Assembly (NCBI GenBank): GCA_902761375.1
Contig: CACWKB010000003.1
Coordinates: 3,545-67,544, forward strand
DNA from: an uncultured Ruminococcus sp.
Lineage (GTDB): Bacteria > Bacillota > Clostridia > Oscillospirales > Acutalibacteraceae
Direction: 5' to 3'
Length of the DNA stretch: 64,000 nucleotides
This document shows positions 10,153 to 20,432 of this stretch, piece by piece. A program made the translations under genes and the position numbers. The number at the start of each line of letters is the position of its first letter. Position 1 is the stretch's first letter. Under the pieces are notes generated by a model. It was not told the DNA's origin. It did no database searches and saw only the letters and a list, made by a program, of their open reading frames with translations.

Positions 10153-11186
10153 TACGCGAATACAACTCCTTCGCTGCCCTCGACGATCTCGCCGAGGATG
10201 ACAGCGTCCTCGCCGTTTGCGGCAAGCGTTTCTATCGCCTTGTCGGCGTCCTCCCTGGCGACCGCGACTACCATGCCCACGCCCATGTTGAAGGTGTTGA
10301 ACATATCGTGCTCGCTGATGCCGCCAACGCGCTGCATGAGCTTAAAGATAGGCAGCACGGGGATGGCGTCCTTGGTGATCTTTGCGGTCATGCCGTCCTT
10401 GAGCATGCGCGGGATGTTCTCATAGAAGCCGCCGCCGGTGATGTGGGAGACCGCCTTGACCTCGACCGCCTTCATCAGCGCAAGGATGGGCTTGACGTAG
10501 ATCTTGGTCGGGGTGAGCAGGGTCTCGCCGAGGGGCTTGTCGAGCTCGGGATATGTATTATAAATCGTCTCCTCATTGATATTGAAGATCTTTCTGACAA
10601 GCGAGAAGCCGTTGGAGTGGACGCCCGACGAGCGCAGACCGATCAGCACGTCGCCAGGTGTGAGCTTTGAGCCGTCGATCATCTTGGGCTTGTCTGCGAT
10701 GCCCACGCAGAAGCCCGCGACGTCGTATTCGTCCTCGGGCATGAGACCCGGGTGCTCGGCGGTCTCGCCGCCTACGAGCGCGCACTCGGACTGAACGCAG
10801 CCCTCGGCTATGCCCTCGACGATGGACGCGACCTTTTCGGGGATATTCTTTCCGATGGCGATATAGTCGAGGAAAAACAGGGGCTTCGCGCCGCAGCAGA
10901 TGACGTCGTTGACACACATCGCAACGGAGTCTATGCCGATGGTATTGTGGCGGTCAAGCAGGAACGCGAGCTTGATCTTGGTGCCGACGCCGTCGGTGCC
11001 GCTGATCAGTATCGGCTCCTCCATACCCGCAAAGTCGGGCTTGAACAGTCCTCCGAAGCCGCCGATGCCCGAAACCACACCCTCGGTGTTGGTGCGCGCG
11101 ACGTGCTTTTTCATCAGCTCAACCGATTTGTAGCCGGCGGTGATATCGACGCCCGCCGCCTTGTAACTCTCTGAAAAGCTCTCCAT
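10152..11186 (-). CDS. purM: Phosphoribosylformylglycinamidine cyclo-ligase
   Basis: YKAAGVD, TDGVGTK, GGETAEHP, GVHSNGFS, HITGGG, TFNMGVG. Confidence 0.97.
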   Translation of the reverse strand: MESFSESYKAAGVDITAGYKSVELMKKHVARTNTEGVVSGIGGFGGLFKPDFAGMEEPILISGTDGVGTKIKLAFLLDRHNTIGIDSVAMCVNDVICCGAKPLFFLDYIAIGKNIPEKVASIVEGIAEGCVQSECALVGGETAEHPGLMPEDEYDVAGFCVGIADKPKMIDGSKLTPGDVLIGLRSSGVHSNGFSLVRKIFNINEETIYNTYPELDKPLGETLLTPTKIYVKPILALMKAVEVKAVSHITGGGFYENIPRMLKDGMTAKITKDAIPVLPIFKLMQRVGGISEHDMFNTFNMGVGMVVAVAREDADKAIETLAANGEDAVILGEIVEGSEGVVFA

Positions 11187-11198
11187 AAAAAACCTCCG

Positions 11199-12641
11199 TT
11201 ACTTCTTATTGATTTTATTGGCGTATTTATCGACAAAGAAGACGCTCGGGATATCCGCGCTGAAGCTGTTGGTAAAGCAGCCGTCGCACAGACCGAACTG
11301 AGCTCCCTCGACGGTTTTACGCAAGCCCTCGACGCTGAGGTAGCCCAACGTATCCGCGCCGATCTCTTCTCTGATCTGCTCTGTGGTAAGCTTGTTTGCG
11401 ATCAGGCTTTCCCTGTCGCTGATGTCGATGCCGAAATAGCAGGGACTGACGAAGGGCGGCGAGCTGATCAGCATATGCACTTCCTTAGCGCCTGCCGAGC
11501 GCAGCAGATGTACTATGTGCTTTGAGGTCTCGCCGCGGATAATGGAGTCGTCGATGACGATTATCCGCTTGCCCTCTACGTTCGATTTCAGGGCGGTCAG
11601 CTTGGTCTGCATAAGACGCTTTTTCTTGTCCATGCCGGTGCCGACCTTTCTGCCGATGTATTTGTTTTTCATAAAGCCCATTCCGTACGGGATACCCGAG
11701 GCACGGGCGTAGCCCTCGGCGGCAATGATGCCCGAATCGGGTACGCCGCAGACCATGTCGGCGTCGAGCGGATATTCGCTGTAGAGCATCTCGCCCATCC
11801 TTATGCGGGCGGTGTGGACGCTCACGCCGTCGATCACGCTGTCGGGACGAGCCACATAGACGTATTCAAAAAGACACATCGAGGTCTTTTCGCGGTCTAC
11901 TCTCGCCTTGTAGCTGTGGAAGCCCTCGCGGTCGACGACTATCATCTCGCCCGGCTCGACGTCGCGGACAAACTCTGCCCCTATGCTGTCGAACACGCAG
12001 CTCTCGGAGGCGAACACCCAGCTGTTCCTGAGCTTTCCGACGCAGAGCGGACGGAAGCCGTGTCTGTCTCTGAGCGCGATAAGCCGCGTCGGGGCGCAGA
12101 TAACGGCGGAATAAGCTCCCTTGAGCTTGTCCATACAGTTTATAACCGCGTCCTCGAGATTATCTGTCGAGCAGCGCTCGGTAGCGATGACGTAAGCCAT
12201 CAGCTCAGCGTTGGAGTTAGACTGGAAGATCGCGCCGCCGCGCTCGAGCACCTTGCGAATCTGCGGGAAGTTCGTGATCGAGCCGTTGACCGCGATGGCG
12301 ATCGAGCCCTCCTTATAGCGAAGCACAAGAGGCTGGTTCGCAGCCTGATCGAGATTCTGGATCGAGGTGTAGCGCACATGACCCACGGCGATCATGCCGT
12401 TCGGGAGCTTTTCGACCGATTTGGGAGGAAATACCTCCGAAACCATGCCGAGTCCCTTCTGGGTATAAAAGCTCTCGGCATTGTTAACGGTTATGCCCGC
12501 GCTGATATGACCGCGGTGCTGCAGACCGTAGAGCGCGTCATGGCATATCTCGACGACGTTCAGACCGTCGCTGTTGTATATTCCGAATACGCCGCACTCG
12601 TCGTGAGCCTTGGCGTCCGAAGTAAATGCTACCGATTTCAT
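11199..12641 (-). CDS. purF: Amidophosphoribosyltransferase-like protein (divergent PurF)
   Basis: Propeptide + CGVFG, LQHRG, GHVRY, CLFEYVY-ARPDS, DDSIIRG, four Fe-S Cys; several conserved motifs altered (see findings). Confidence 0.85.
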   Translation of the reverse strand: MKSVAFTSDAKAHDECGVFGIYNSDGLNVVEICHDALYGLQHRGHISAGITVNNAESFYTQKGLGMVSEVFPPKSVEKLPNGMIAVGHVRYTSIQNLDQAANQPLVLRYKEGSIAIAVNGSITNFPQIRKVLERGGAIFQSNSNAELMAYVIATERCSTDNLEDAVINCMDKLKGAYSAVICAPTRLIALRDRHGFRPLCVGKLRNSWVFASESCVFDSIGAEFVRDVEPGEMIVVDREGFHSYKARVDREKTSMCLFEYVYVARPDSVIDGVSVHTARIRMGEMLYSEYPLDADMVCGVPDSGIIAAEGYARASGIPYGMGFMKNKYIGRKVGTGMDKKKRLMQTKLTALKSNVEGKRIIVIDDSIIRGETSKHIVHLLRSAGAKEVHMLISSPPFVSPCYFGIDISDRESLIANKLTTEQIREEIGADTLGYLSVEGLRKTVEGAQFGLCDGCFTNSFSADIPSVFFVDKYANKINKK

Positions 12642-12642
12642 C

Positions 12643-13140
12643 TTAAAGCTCAGCCACCTTTAACTGCATCGCCTTGTCCTTTTCGGCGACTCCTTTTGCC
12701 ATGTCCTGCTTCATCTGCTCGAGCATCTGAGCAAGGGCGTCGTCTGACAGCGCGAGCATCTCAACGGCGAGTATAGCCGCGTTTGCGGCTCCGTCGACGG
12801 CGACCGTGGCAACCGGGATACCGGTGGGCATCATCACCGTAGCGAGCAGCGCGTCCATTCCGTCAAGCTGCGCGGATTTGCAGGGTATTCCGATAACGGG
12901 AAGCGTCGTCTTGGCGGCGAGAACGCCCGCGAGGTGAGCCGCCATGCCTGCCGCTGCGATTATTACGCCGAAGCCGTTCGCCCTTGCGTTTGCGGAAAAT
13001 TCGATCGCCGCGTCGGGAGTCCTGTGCGCGCTCATAACGTGTACCTCACAGGGAACGTCGAACTCCTTAAGCTTTTTGACAGCCTTTGAAACAACGGGGA
13101 AATCGCTGTCGGAACCCATGATGATAGCAACCTTTTTCAT
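12643..13140 (-). CDS. purE: N5-CAIR mutase / AIR carboxylase
   Basis: IMGSDSD, SAHRTP, AGMAAHL, PVATV. Confidence 0.97.
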   Translation of the reverse strand: MKKVAIIMGSDSDFPVVSKAVKKLKEFDVPCEVHVMSAHRTPDAAIEFSANARANGFGVIIAAAGMAAHLAGVLAAKTTLPVIGIPCKSAQLDGMDALLATVMMPTGIPVATVAVDGAANAAILAVEMLALSDDALAQMLEQMKQDMAKGVAEKDKAMQLKVAEL

Positions 13141-13191
13141 AACTTGCTCCTTATGATGAATATTTTGTTTATAGGCATATATAATCAATTT

Positions 13192-13220
13192 ATTATACTA
13201 AAATTCCTCGTAAATTGCAA
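13192..13220 (-). promoter_or_regulatory. sigma-A promoter of pur operon
   Basis: TTGCAA-N17-TATAAT on minus strand; short leader, no riboswitch-sized UTR. Confidence 0.7.
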
Positions 13221-13337
13221 TAGCGTAGGAGAATTATAATACGACAATCTTTTTTCCGCTTTCAACTGAATACTCTCGCTTCTCACTTCTCATTAACAAA
13301 CAGAGCCGGCAAAAATACCGACTCTGAAAAATTGCAA

Positions 13338-14249
13338 TTATTCTGCTTTGTCGTCCTTCCAGAGCTCCTTGATCGCGGTGATGCTTCCCGCGAGACCTTG
13401 GATATCGGAGGGAACGATGATCTTCGTTGCCTTTCCGTCGGCAGCCTTTGCGAACGCTTCAAGGCTCTTGAGCTGGATGATGCGGTCGGTGGGAGCCGCC
13501 TCATTGAGCATTCTGAGAGCGTCGGCGTTAGCCTTCTGAACCGTGAGGATAGCCTCCGCCTCACCCTGCGCCTCGCGGATCTTCTGCTCCTTGACGGCGT
13601 CAGCCTTTAGGATGGCGGACTCCTTGAGACCCTCGGCTACGAGGATCTGGCTGCGCTTTTCGCCCTCGGCGTCGAGGATCCTTGCGCGGCGCTCGCGCTC
13701 CGCCTTCATCTGCTTCTCCATCGCGTCCTGTATCTCGCGCGGAGGCAGGATGTTCTTGAGCTCGACGCGGATGACCTTGATGCCCCAGGCGTCGGTCGCC
13801 TCGTCGAGGATGATGCGGATCTTATCGTTGATAGTATCGCGCGAGGTCAGAGTATTATCGAGCTCGAGATCGCCTATGATGTTTCTCAGCGTTGTGGCGG
13901 TGAGGTTCTCGATCGCGCTGAGCGGACGCTCAACGCCGTAGCAGTAGAGCTTGGGATCGGTGATCTCAAAATACACGACGGTGTCGATCTGCATGGTTAC
14001 GTTATCGCGCGTGATAACGGGCTGGGGCGGAAAGTCAACGACCTGCTCCTTGAGAGAGACCTTCTTTGAGATCCTGTCGACGAAGGGTATTTTCATATGC
14101 AGACCGGTTTCCCAGGTGGCGTGATAAGCGCCGAGGCGCTCGATAACATAGGCGTGAGCCTGCGGTACGATCTTGATATTGCGGATAAGCAGTATCAAAA
14201 CTATCAAAACAACAATACCTAAAATAATAAATCCGAAGTATTCCATCAT
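13338..14249 (-). CDS. SPFH/band 7 (stomatin/QmcA-like) membrane protein
   Basis: N-terminal TM, VIERLG, QPVITRDNV, AMEKQMKAERERRA. Confidence 0.93.
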   Translation of the reverse strand: MMEYFGFIILGIVVLIVLILLIRNIKIVPQAHAYVIERLGAYHATWETGLHMKIPFVDRISKKVSLKEQVVDFPPQPVITRDNVTMQIDTVVYFEITDPKLYCYGVERPLSAIENLTATTLRNIIGDLELDNTLTSRDTINDKIRIILDEATDAWGIKVIRVELKNILPPREIQDAMEKQMKAERERRARILDAEGEKRSQILVAEGLKESAILKADAVKEQKIREAQGEAEAILTVQKANADALRMLNEAAPTDRIIQLKSLEAFAKAADGKATKIIVPSDIQGLAGSITAIKELWKDDKAE

Positions 14250-14680
14250 TCTGCTCCTTCCACGATCAGCTTTACGCCCTCAATGCCGAGTATCTTGACC
14301 TTGTCGCCCTTGTGAAGCGGCTGCTTTGATTTAGCGCTCCAGACCTCTCCGAGCACCTTGACCTGACCCACGCTTTCGGAGTCGGCGATCTCGGCGACCA
14401 CTGTTCCGTACTGACCGATGACACGGTCGGCATTAGTGCTTGTCGGCTTATGCTTTTTCTTGATTTTCTTCGCCAGAGGTCGTGTTACGATCAGGGTAAC
14501 TGCCGAAACTCCGACAAAAACAAGCACCTGGATCAATATCGAATCGGTAAAGATCGTAGTCAGCGCGGCGCACAGCGCTCCGATGACGAACCAGATCGAC
14601 ACGAGCTGTGTAGTCGTTGCCTCGACAACAGCCATCACGACGGCGATACCTATCCAGATGAACGGCATATACTTCTCCAT
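14246..14680 (-). CDS. NfeD-like (YbbJ) membrane protein
   Basis: 3 TM helices + OB domain (GQVKVLGEVWSA, GVKLIV); classic partner upstream of SPFH. Confidence 0.9.
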   Translation of the reverse strand: MEKYMPFIWIGIAVVMAVVEATTTQLVSIWFVIGALCAALTTIFTDSILIQVLVFVGVSAVTLIVTRPLAKKIKKKHKPTSTNADRVIGQYGTVVAEIADSESVGQVKVLGEVWSAKSKQPLHKGDKVKILGIEGVKLIVEGAE

Positions 14681-14837
14681 AACACCACTCCTTTCACTGC
14701 GGTCGAATGCCGCTGCATATATTGTATCACAACGATGAATATTAGTCAATTATTTAGGCGCTATAATTCTTATATGGGAATCTTTTTTACTTATTATGTG
14801 CTATAATGGAGAAAATATAATCATTGCAGGTGATCAT

Positions 14838-15443
14838 ATGGCTTTTGATACGTTTGACGAGGGGATCGCCCTCGGTGGACTGCGGAGCAAGCACGAAATA
14901 AAGATCCTGATCTGTTATCTGTTTTTCAGCATGAACGACAGGCTCACTAAAAATATAGTTATAGAAGCCGTCATCACGCGGGAGCTCGCAAACTTTTTTG
15001 AGACCTCCGCGGCGTTTGACGAGCTTGTTTCCGACGGGAACCTTGTGCCCGACGGCGAGGAGGACGGCGAGCCCGCCTTTCGCCTCACCGAAAACGGCAG
15101 GATAATCTCCAACGAGCTTGAAAACACCCTCGCCTACTCGGTCAGGGAAAAAGCGCTCAAATGCGCCCTCTCGCTGCTCAGCGAGCGCAAGACCGCGAAG
15201 GAGAACACGGTGGAGATAGTCGAGGGCGAAAACGGCTACAGGGTAATATGCACCGTTTCGGGCGGCGAGGAAAATCTGCTAACCTTCAGCATGTACGCAC
15301 CCGACGCGGATCAGGCGGAGCTGATCAAGCGCAGCTTTTTGAGCTATCCGCGAACCGTTTACAAGACGATGCTCGCGCTGATGACCAAGGACAGGGAAAA
15401 CGTCGGCGAGGCGCTCGAGGAGGTTTACGAGGTCTCTCTCTAA
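14838..15443 (+). CDS. DUF4364-like protein
   Basis: GGLRSKHEIKILICY, ANFFE, LTENG motifs; SD AGGTGA before ATG 14838. Confidence 0.7.
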   Translation: MAFDTFDEGIALGGLRSKHEIKILICYLFFSMNDRLTKNIVIEAVITRELANFFETSAAFDELVSDGNLVPDGEEDGEPAFRLTENGRIISNELENTLAYSVREKALKCALSLLSERKTAKENTVEIVEGENGYRVICTVSGGEENLLTFSMYAPDADQAELIKRSFLSYPRTVYKTMLALMTKDRENVGEALEEVYEVSL

Positions 15444-15700
15444 AAAAACAGCCTCAGCGTAAGCATGAGCGTTACCCCGGGTATGCCGCCGATCACCGAG
15501 GTCAGGATGGACAGCACGCTGAGCGGCAGATCCACCCCCGTAAAGGATGAGGTGAAGTGGATAACAAGCAGCGTCGCAAAGCCCGAGAGCATCGACAAAA
15601 AGGCTCTTTTAAGCGCCTTTCTGTGTTTTGATAAGGCATGTACGACAGAAAAAGCGACCAACGTGCCGAGCAAAATCAAAGCAAATTCCCACCAAGGCAT
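15440..15700 (-). CDS. bofA: Pro-sigmaK processing inhibitor BofA family
   Basis: Small hydrophobic protein ending in LPLSVLSILTSVIGGIPGV; sigE-like promoter upstream. Confidence 0.75.
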   Translation of the reverse strand: MPWWEFALILLGTLVAFSVVHALSKHRKALKRAFLSMLSGFATLLVIHFTSSFTGVDLPLSVLSILTSVIGGIPGVTLMLTLRLFF

Positions 15701-15720
15701 AAATAAACATCTCCGCAACA

Positions 15721-15780
15721 AAAATAGACCGCCGATAGTATCGACGGTCTATTCTTATGTGCGTGAATTCACGGATATGC
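15721..15780 (-). promoter_or_regulatory. secG terminator overlapping a sigE-like bofA promoter
   Basis: Stem AATAGACCG/CGGTCTATT (15723-15753) + U-tract; GCATATC-N14-CATAAGAA on minus strand. Confidence 0.6.
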
Positions 15781-15786
15781 CATTTA

Positions 15787-16041
15787 TCACTTCAGAAGAT
15801 TAAGGCGTGTGAGCACGTTCAACGCGATAACAAACGCTACGAAAACCGCGGCGAAAACCTTGGTCCAGCGAGAGAGAAACGCGTCGATGGAGCGAGCCTT
15901 ATTCTTGGAGAAGTAGGAGTCAGCCGCGCCGGTAACAACGCCGATGCCCTGCTGATTGCCCTCCTGAAGAATAATGACAACGATGATCGCAATCGCAACG
16001 ACTGCAAGGATAGCGCCGAGCACAATACCCAATACGTTCAT
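15787..16041 (-). CDS. secG: Preprotein translocase subunit SecG
   Basis: Two TM helices, ILQEGNQQG..GAADSYF..KARSIDAFLSRWT. Confidence 0.92.
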   Translation of the reverse strand: MNVLGIVLGAILAVVAIAIIVVIILQEGNQQGIGVVTGAADSYFSKNKARSIDAFLSRWTKVFAAVFVAFVIALNVLTRLNLLK

Positions 16042-16163
16042 AATATCGTCCTTTCCTGATAACGGTAAACCGTATTATCTATTATTCAACTTATACATAT
16101 TAACACAAACAAGTATAATTTGCAAGTGTTTTTTCGGGATTTTAAAAGTTTTTTTACGATTTT

Positions 16164-18407
16164 TTACAGCAAAGTGAGCTGTTCGTCCATGCTGTCCTCG
16201 TTCGACGGCAGCGCTCCGAGCGCAGGCAGCGAACGGGTGCGGTAACGCTGGGGCTTTGCGAACATTCCCTCGGTATACGGGATTATCTCAAACAGCCTCT
16301 GCCCTTTTTTGAGCTTCATGACCGCTACGCCCTGAGTTGAGCGTGTCGTTTTGAGCGCGACCGCGCCGGTGTGGACGAGCAGCATGCGTCCCGACGACGC
16401 CTTGAACAGTATCTCTCTGTCCTCGTCAATGAACATCATGCCGGACAGCGGACACTTGTCGGAATAAGCGCCTGTGAGCTTTTTGCGGTTGGTCTTGGTG
16501 GCGTAAGCCTCAAGCGGAACCTTAGCCGCCTTGCCGTTCTCAAAGGCAAACACGAGCAAGCCCTTGTAGTCCTTTGTAGCGACCATATAGACCGCGTTCT
16601 CGCCTTCGTCCATTCCGAGCTTCGCGGCGACATAATCACCGAGCACGGAAGCCTTTGTGTCGGCAAAATCGCCCGCCTTCGCCTTGTACACCTGCGCCCT
16701 GTCGGTGAAGAACAGCAGATCGCAGTTGTTGGAGAACTCGACGGTCTGGATTATCTCGTCGCCGTCCTTCAGCTTATGCGCGCCGCTCATCCTCAGCGAC
16801 TGCGGCGTGATCTTCTTGAAGTAGCCCTCCTTGGTGAAGAAGAAGGTGCAGGCGTAATCGGGCACCTCCTCGACCTCCGCCTCAAAGCCCATGGCGTCCT
16901 CATAGATTATCATGCTCTTGCGCGGCTCGCCGTATTTATCGGCGACCGCCTTGAGCTCCTTGACGATGATCGTCTTGACGCGAGCCTTGCTCTTGAGGAT
17001 GTCGTCGAGCTCCGCGATCTCCTTTTCGAGGTTCTCGATATCCTCGGTGCGCTTTAGAATATACTCGCGGTTGAGGTGGCGCAGCTTGATCTCGGCTACG
17101 TACTCAGCCTGTATTTTGTCGATCCCGAATCCGATCATCAGGTTGGGAACGACCTCGACCTCCTCGTCGGTCTCGCGGATGATCCTGATCGCCTTGTCGA
17201 TGTCGAGCAGTATTTTTTCAAGTCCTTTGAGCAGATGGAGCTTCTCCGCCTTTTTCTGACGGTCGAAATAGGTGCGGCGCTTGACGCACTCGATCCTGAA
17301 CGCTATCCACTCGTTGAGCAGCTCGCGGATCCCGAGCACCATCGGCACACCGCCGATCAGCACGTTAAAGTTGCAGGCGAAGCTGTCCTCGAGCGTGGTG
17401 AGCTTGAACAGCTTTGCCATCAGCCTGTCGGGGTCAGTGCCGCGCTTCAGGTCGATAGTGATCTTGAGACCGTCAAGACCTGTCTCATCTCGGATATCCG
17501 AGATCTCGCGCACCTTTCCCTGCTTGACGAGGTCTACTACCTTCTCGATTATCACCTCGCAGGTGGTCGAGGCGGGTATGGCGGTCACGTCGATGCAGTT
17601 TGCGCTCTTGTCATAGGAGTATTTGGCGCGCAGTCGGATGCTGCCCTTGCCGGTCTCGTAAACCTTGCCGAAGGCGTCCTCGTCATAGATGATCTGGCAG
17701 CCGCCGCTGAAATCGGGCGCGGGCAGGGTGGATTTTATGTCATGCTCGGGGTCGCGGATAAGCGAGGCGGTCGTTTCGCAGACCTCGCGCAGGTTGAAGG
17801 AGCAGATGTTTGAAGCCATGCCGACCGCGATGCCCGTGTTGGCGTTTACCAGAACGGACGGAAATGTCGCCGGGAGCAGCGTAGGCTCCTTCATGGTGTT
17901 GTCGTAGTTATCGACGAAATCGACGGTCTCCCTGTCGATATCGCGGAACAGCTCGGCGCAGATCGGCGCAAGCTTTGCCTCGGTATATCTGGAGGCTGCC
18001 CACGCCATGTCGCGGCTGTAGAATTTACCGAAGTTGCCCTTTGAGTCGATGTACGGGTGCAGCAGTGCCTCATAGCCGCGCGACAGGCGAACCATCGTGT
18101 CGTAGATCGCGGAATCGCCGTGAGGGTTGAGCTTCATGGTCGCGCCGACGATATTCGCCGATTTGGTGCGCGCGCCGCTGAGCAGACCCATCTTGTACAT
18201 CGTGTACAGCAGCTTGCGGTGAGAGGGCTTGAAGCCGTCTATCTCGGGGATGGCTCGGGACAGGATGACGCTCATGGCGTAGGGCATGAAATTTTCCCGG
18301 ATGGTGGAGGCTATCGGCTGCTCCACCACCTCGCCCGCACCGTTGATCACTCCCTTGGCTTTTTGGGGCTTGGAGGCGGGCTTGGTTGATTTTTTACGCG
18401 GTGCCAA
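16164..18407 (-). CDS. parC: Type IIA topoisomerase subunit A, likely topoisomerase IV
   Basis: RAIPEIDGFKP, PHGD, RYTE catalytic Tyr, TGIAVGMA; no QRRGGKG GyrA-box seen. Confidence 0.8.
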   Translation of the reverse strand: MAPRKKSTKPASKPQKAKGVINGAGEVVEQPIASTIRENFMPYAMSVILSRAIPEIDGFKPSHRKLLYTMYKMGLLSGARTKSANIVGATMKLNPHGDSAIYDTMVRLSRGYEALLHPYIDSKGNFGKFYSRDMAWAASRYTEAKLAPICAELFRDIDRETVDFVDNYDNTMKEPTLLPATFPSVLVNANTGIAVGMASNICSFNLREVCETTASLIRDPEHDIKSTLPAPDFSGGCQIIYDEDAFGKVYETGKGSIRLRAKYSYDKSANCIDVTAIPASTTCEVIIEKVVDLVKQGKVREISDIRDETGLDGLKITIDLKRGTDPDRLMAKLFKLTTLEDSFACNFNVLIGGVPMVLGIRELLNEWIAFRIECVKRRTYFDRQKKAEKLHLLKGLEKILLDIDKAIRIIRETDEEVEVVPNLMIGFGIDKIQAEYVAEIKLRHLNREYILKRTEDIENLEKEIAELDDILKSKARVKTIIVKELKAVADKYGEPRKSMIIYEDAMGFEAEVEEVPDYACTFFFTKEGYFKKITPQSLRMSGAHKLKDGDEIIQTVEFSNNCDLLFFTDRAQVYKAKAGDFADTKASVLGDYVAAKLGMDEGENAVYMVATKDYKGLLVFAFENGKAAKVPLEAYATKTNRKKLTGAYSDKCPLSGMMFIDEDREILFKASSGRMLLVHTGAVALKTTRSTQGVAVMKLKKGQRLFEIIPYTEGMFAKPQRYRTRSLPALGALPSNEDSMDEQLTLL

Positions 18408-18419
18408 ACGATTACCTCC

Positions 18420-20408
18420 TTAGCTTACGTCGAGCTGGTCAATGTACTCGCTGCCGTGCTCGACTATATAATCCTTGCGCGCCTGGAGGTTGTTTCCGAT
18501 CAGGGTCTCGAAGATCTCGGCGGTATAAGCCGCGTCGTCGGGCATCACCTTGATCAGGCGGCGGGTCTCGGGATTCATGGTCGTCAGGTTCATCATATCG
18601 GGCTCGTTTTCACCGAGACCCTTGCTGCGCTGGATGGTGAACTTCTCCTCTCCTATCTGCCTGATGAACTCGTCCTTCTCGGACTCGTCGTAGGCAAAAT
18701 AGACCTCATTTTTAGTGGTGATCTCATACAGAGGCGACTCGGCGATGAACACCTTGCCCTCGCGGATGAGGGTAGGAACGAGGCGGTATATCATCGTCAG
18801 CAGCATCGTGCGGATATGGAAGCCGTCTACGTCGGCGTCGGTGCAGATTATGATCTTGCTCCAGCGCAGAGCGTCAAGGTCAAAGGTGGCGAGGTTCTTG
18901 TTCGCCTTGGATTTGACCTCGACTCCGCAGCCGAGTACGCGCAGCAGATCGGTGATGATATCGCTCTTGAAGATGCGGTCGTAATCGACCTTCAGGCAGT
19001 TGAGTATCTTGCCCCTGATAGGCATTATAGCCTGAAAATCGGGGTTTCGAGCCTGGACGCAGGCGCCCTTTGCGGAATCGCCCTCTACAATGAACAGCTC
19101 TCTTGAATCGACGTCGCGGCTGCGGCAGTCGACGAACTTCTCGACACGGTTAGTCATATCCAAGCCGCCCGAGAGCGTCTTTTTGATGTTGAGGCGGGTC
19201 TTTTCGGCGTTCTCGCGGCTGCGCTTGTTGACGAGCACTTGATTGGCGATCTTCTCGGCGTCCATGGGATTCTCGATGAAGTACACCTCGAGACTCTGAC
19301 GCAGGAACGCGGTCATCGCGTCCTGTATGCCCTTGTTGTTGACCGCCTTTTTGGTCTGGTTCTCATAGGAGGCTACGCTCGAGAACGAGGACGTTACGCA
19401 GACGAGGCAGTCAAGCACGTCGTCGGGCTTGATCTTGCTCTCCGATTTATTGTATTTATTGTTGTTTTTTAGATAATTGTCTATCTGATAGACAAAGGCG
19501 TTTTTGACCGCCTTGTCGGGAGCTCCGCCGTATTCAAGCCAGCTCGAATTGTGATAATACTCGGTGAGGCTGGCTCTGTTGGAAAAGGCGACGGCGATGT
19601 TCATCTTCAGCTTGTACTCGGGCTTGTCGTCGCGGTCGCGGGTCATGACCTCGGTCTCCCAATGCTGAACGCCCGTCATGGAATCGTCGCCGATAACCTC
19701 AGAAACATGATCGACAATTCCGCTAGAGTACATGAAGGTCGTTGTGTCAAAGCTTCTGCCGGTCTGACTGCGGAAGATGAACTCGACTCCGGCGTTGACT
19801 ATCGCCTGACGCTTCATCACGTCGAGGAAATACTCGGGCTTTATATCTATGTCGGTAAACACCTCGAGGTCGGGCTTCCAGCGTATCTTGGTTCCCGTAT
19901 CCCTTTTGGCGTAGGGCTCCTTTTTGAGTCCGCCGACGTTCTCGCCCTTTTCAAAGTGAAGGGTGTAGCGCATACCGTCGCGGCGGATATCGACGTCCAT
20001 ATACTCGGAGCTGTACTGGGTCGAGCACAGACCGAGACCGTTCATGCCGAGGGAGAACTCGTAGTTTTCGCCCTCGTTGTTGTTGTATTTGCCTCCGGCG
20101 TAGAGCTCACAGAACACAAGCTCCCAGTTATAGCGCTGCTCGCCCTCGTTGAAGTCCACGGGGATACCTCTGCCGAAGTCCTCAACCTCGATCGAGCCGT
20201 CGGAATACAGGGTGACGACGATTTTTTTGCCGTAGCCCTCGCGCGCCTCGTCGATAGAGTTGGAGAGGATCTCGAACACCGAATGCTGACAGCCGTCGAT
20301 GCCGTCGGAGCCGAAGATAACGGCGGGGCGCTTGCGAACGCGGTCGGCGCCTTTTAGGGTAACTATGCTCTCGTTGCCGTATTCAGCCGTCTTTTTCTTT
20401 CTTGTCAT
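18420..20408 (-). CDS. parE: Type IIA topoisomerase subunit B, likely topoisomerase IV
   Basis: VRKRP, NSIDE, DFGRGIP, VEGDSA, PIRGKILN, DADVDG, KGLGE. Confidence 0.8.
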   Translation of the reverse strand: MTRKKKTAEYGNESIVTLKGADRVRKRPAVIFGSDGIDGCQHSVFEILSNSIDEAREGYGKKIVVTLYSDGSIEVEDFGRGIPVDFNEGEQRYNWELVFCELYAGGKYNNNEGENYEFSLGMNGLGLCSTQYSSEYMDVDIRRDGMRYTLHFEKGENVGGLKKEPYAKRDTGTKIRWKPDLEVFTDIDIKPEYFLDVMKRQAIVNAGVEFIFRSQTGRSFDTTTFMYSSGIVDHVSEVIGDDSMTGVQHWETEVMTRDRDDKPEYKLKMNIAVAFSNRASLTEYYHNSSWLEYGGAPDKAVKNAFVYQIDNYLKNNNKYNKSESKIKPDDVLDCLVCVTSSFSSVASYENQTKKAVNNKGIQDAMTAFLRQSLEVYFIENPMDAEKIANQVLVNKRSRENAEKTRLNIKKTLSGGLDMTNRVEKFVDCRSRDVDSRELFIVEGDSAKGACVQARNPDFQAIMPIRGKILNCLKVDYDRIFKSDIITDLLRVLGCGVEVKSKANKNLATFDLDALRWSKIIICTDADVDGFHIRTMLLTMIYRLVPTLIREGKVFIAESPLYEITTKNEVYFAYDESEKDEFIRQIGEEKFTIQRSKGLGENEPDMMNLTTMNPETRRLIKVMPDDAAYTAEIFETLIGNNLQARKDYIVEHGSEYIDQLDVS

Positions 20409-20432
20409 CTCATACTTCCTTCCGTGAGAATG

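Noticed and set aside
13141-13337. Purine or ZTP riboswitch ahead of the pur operon
   Set aside because: Leader from the predicted promoter is only ~45 nt and has no aptamer-like structure
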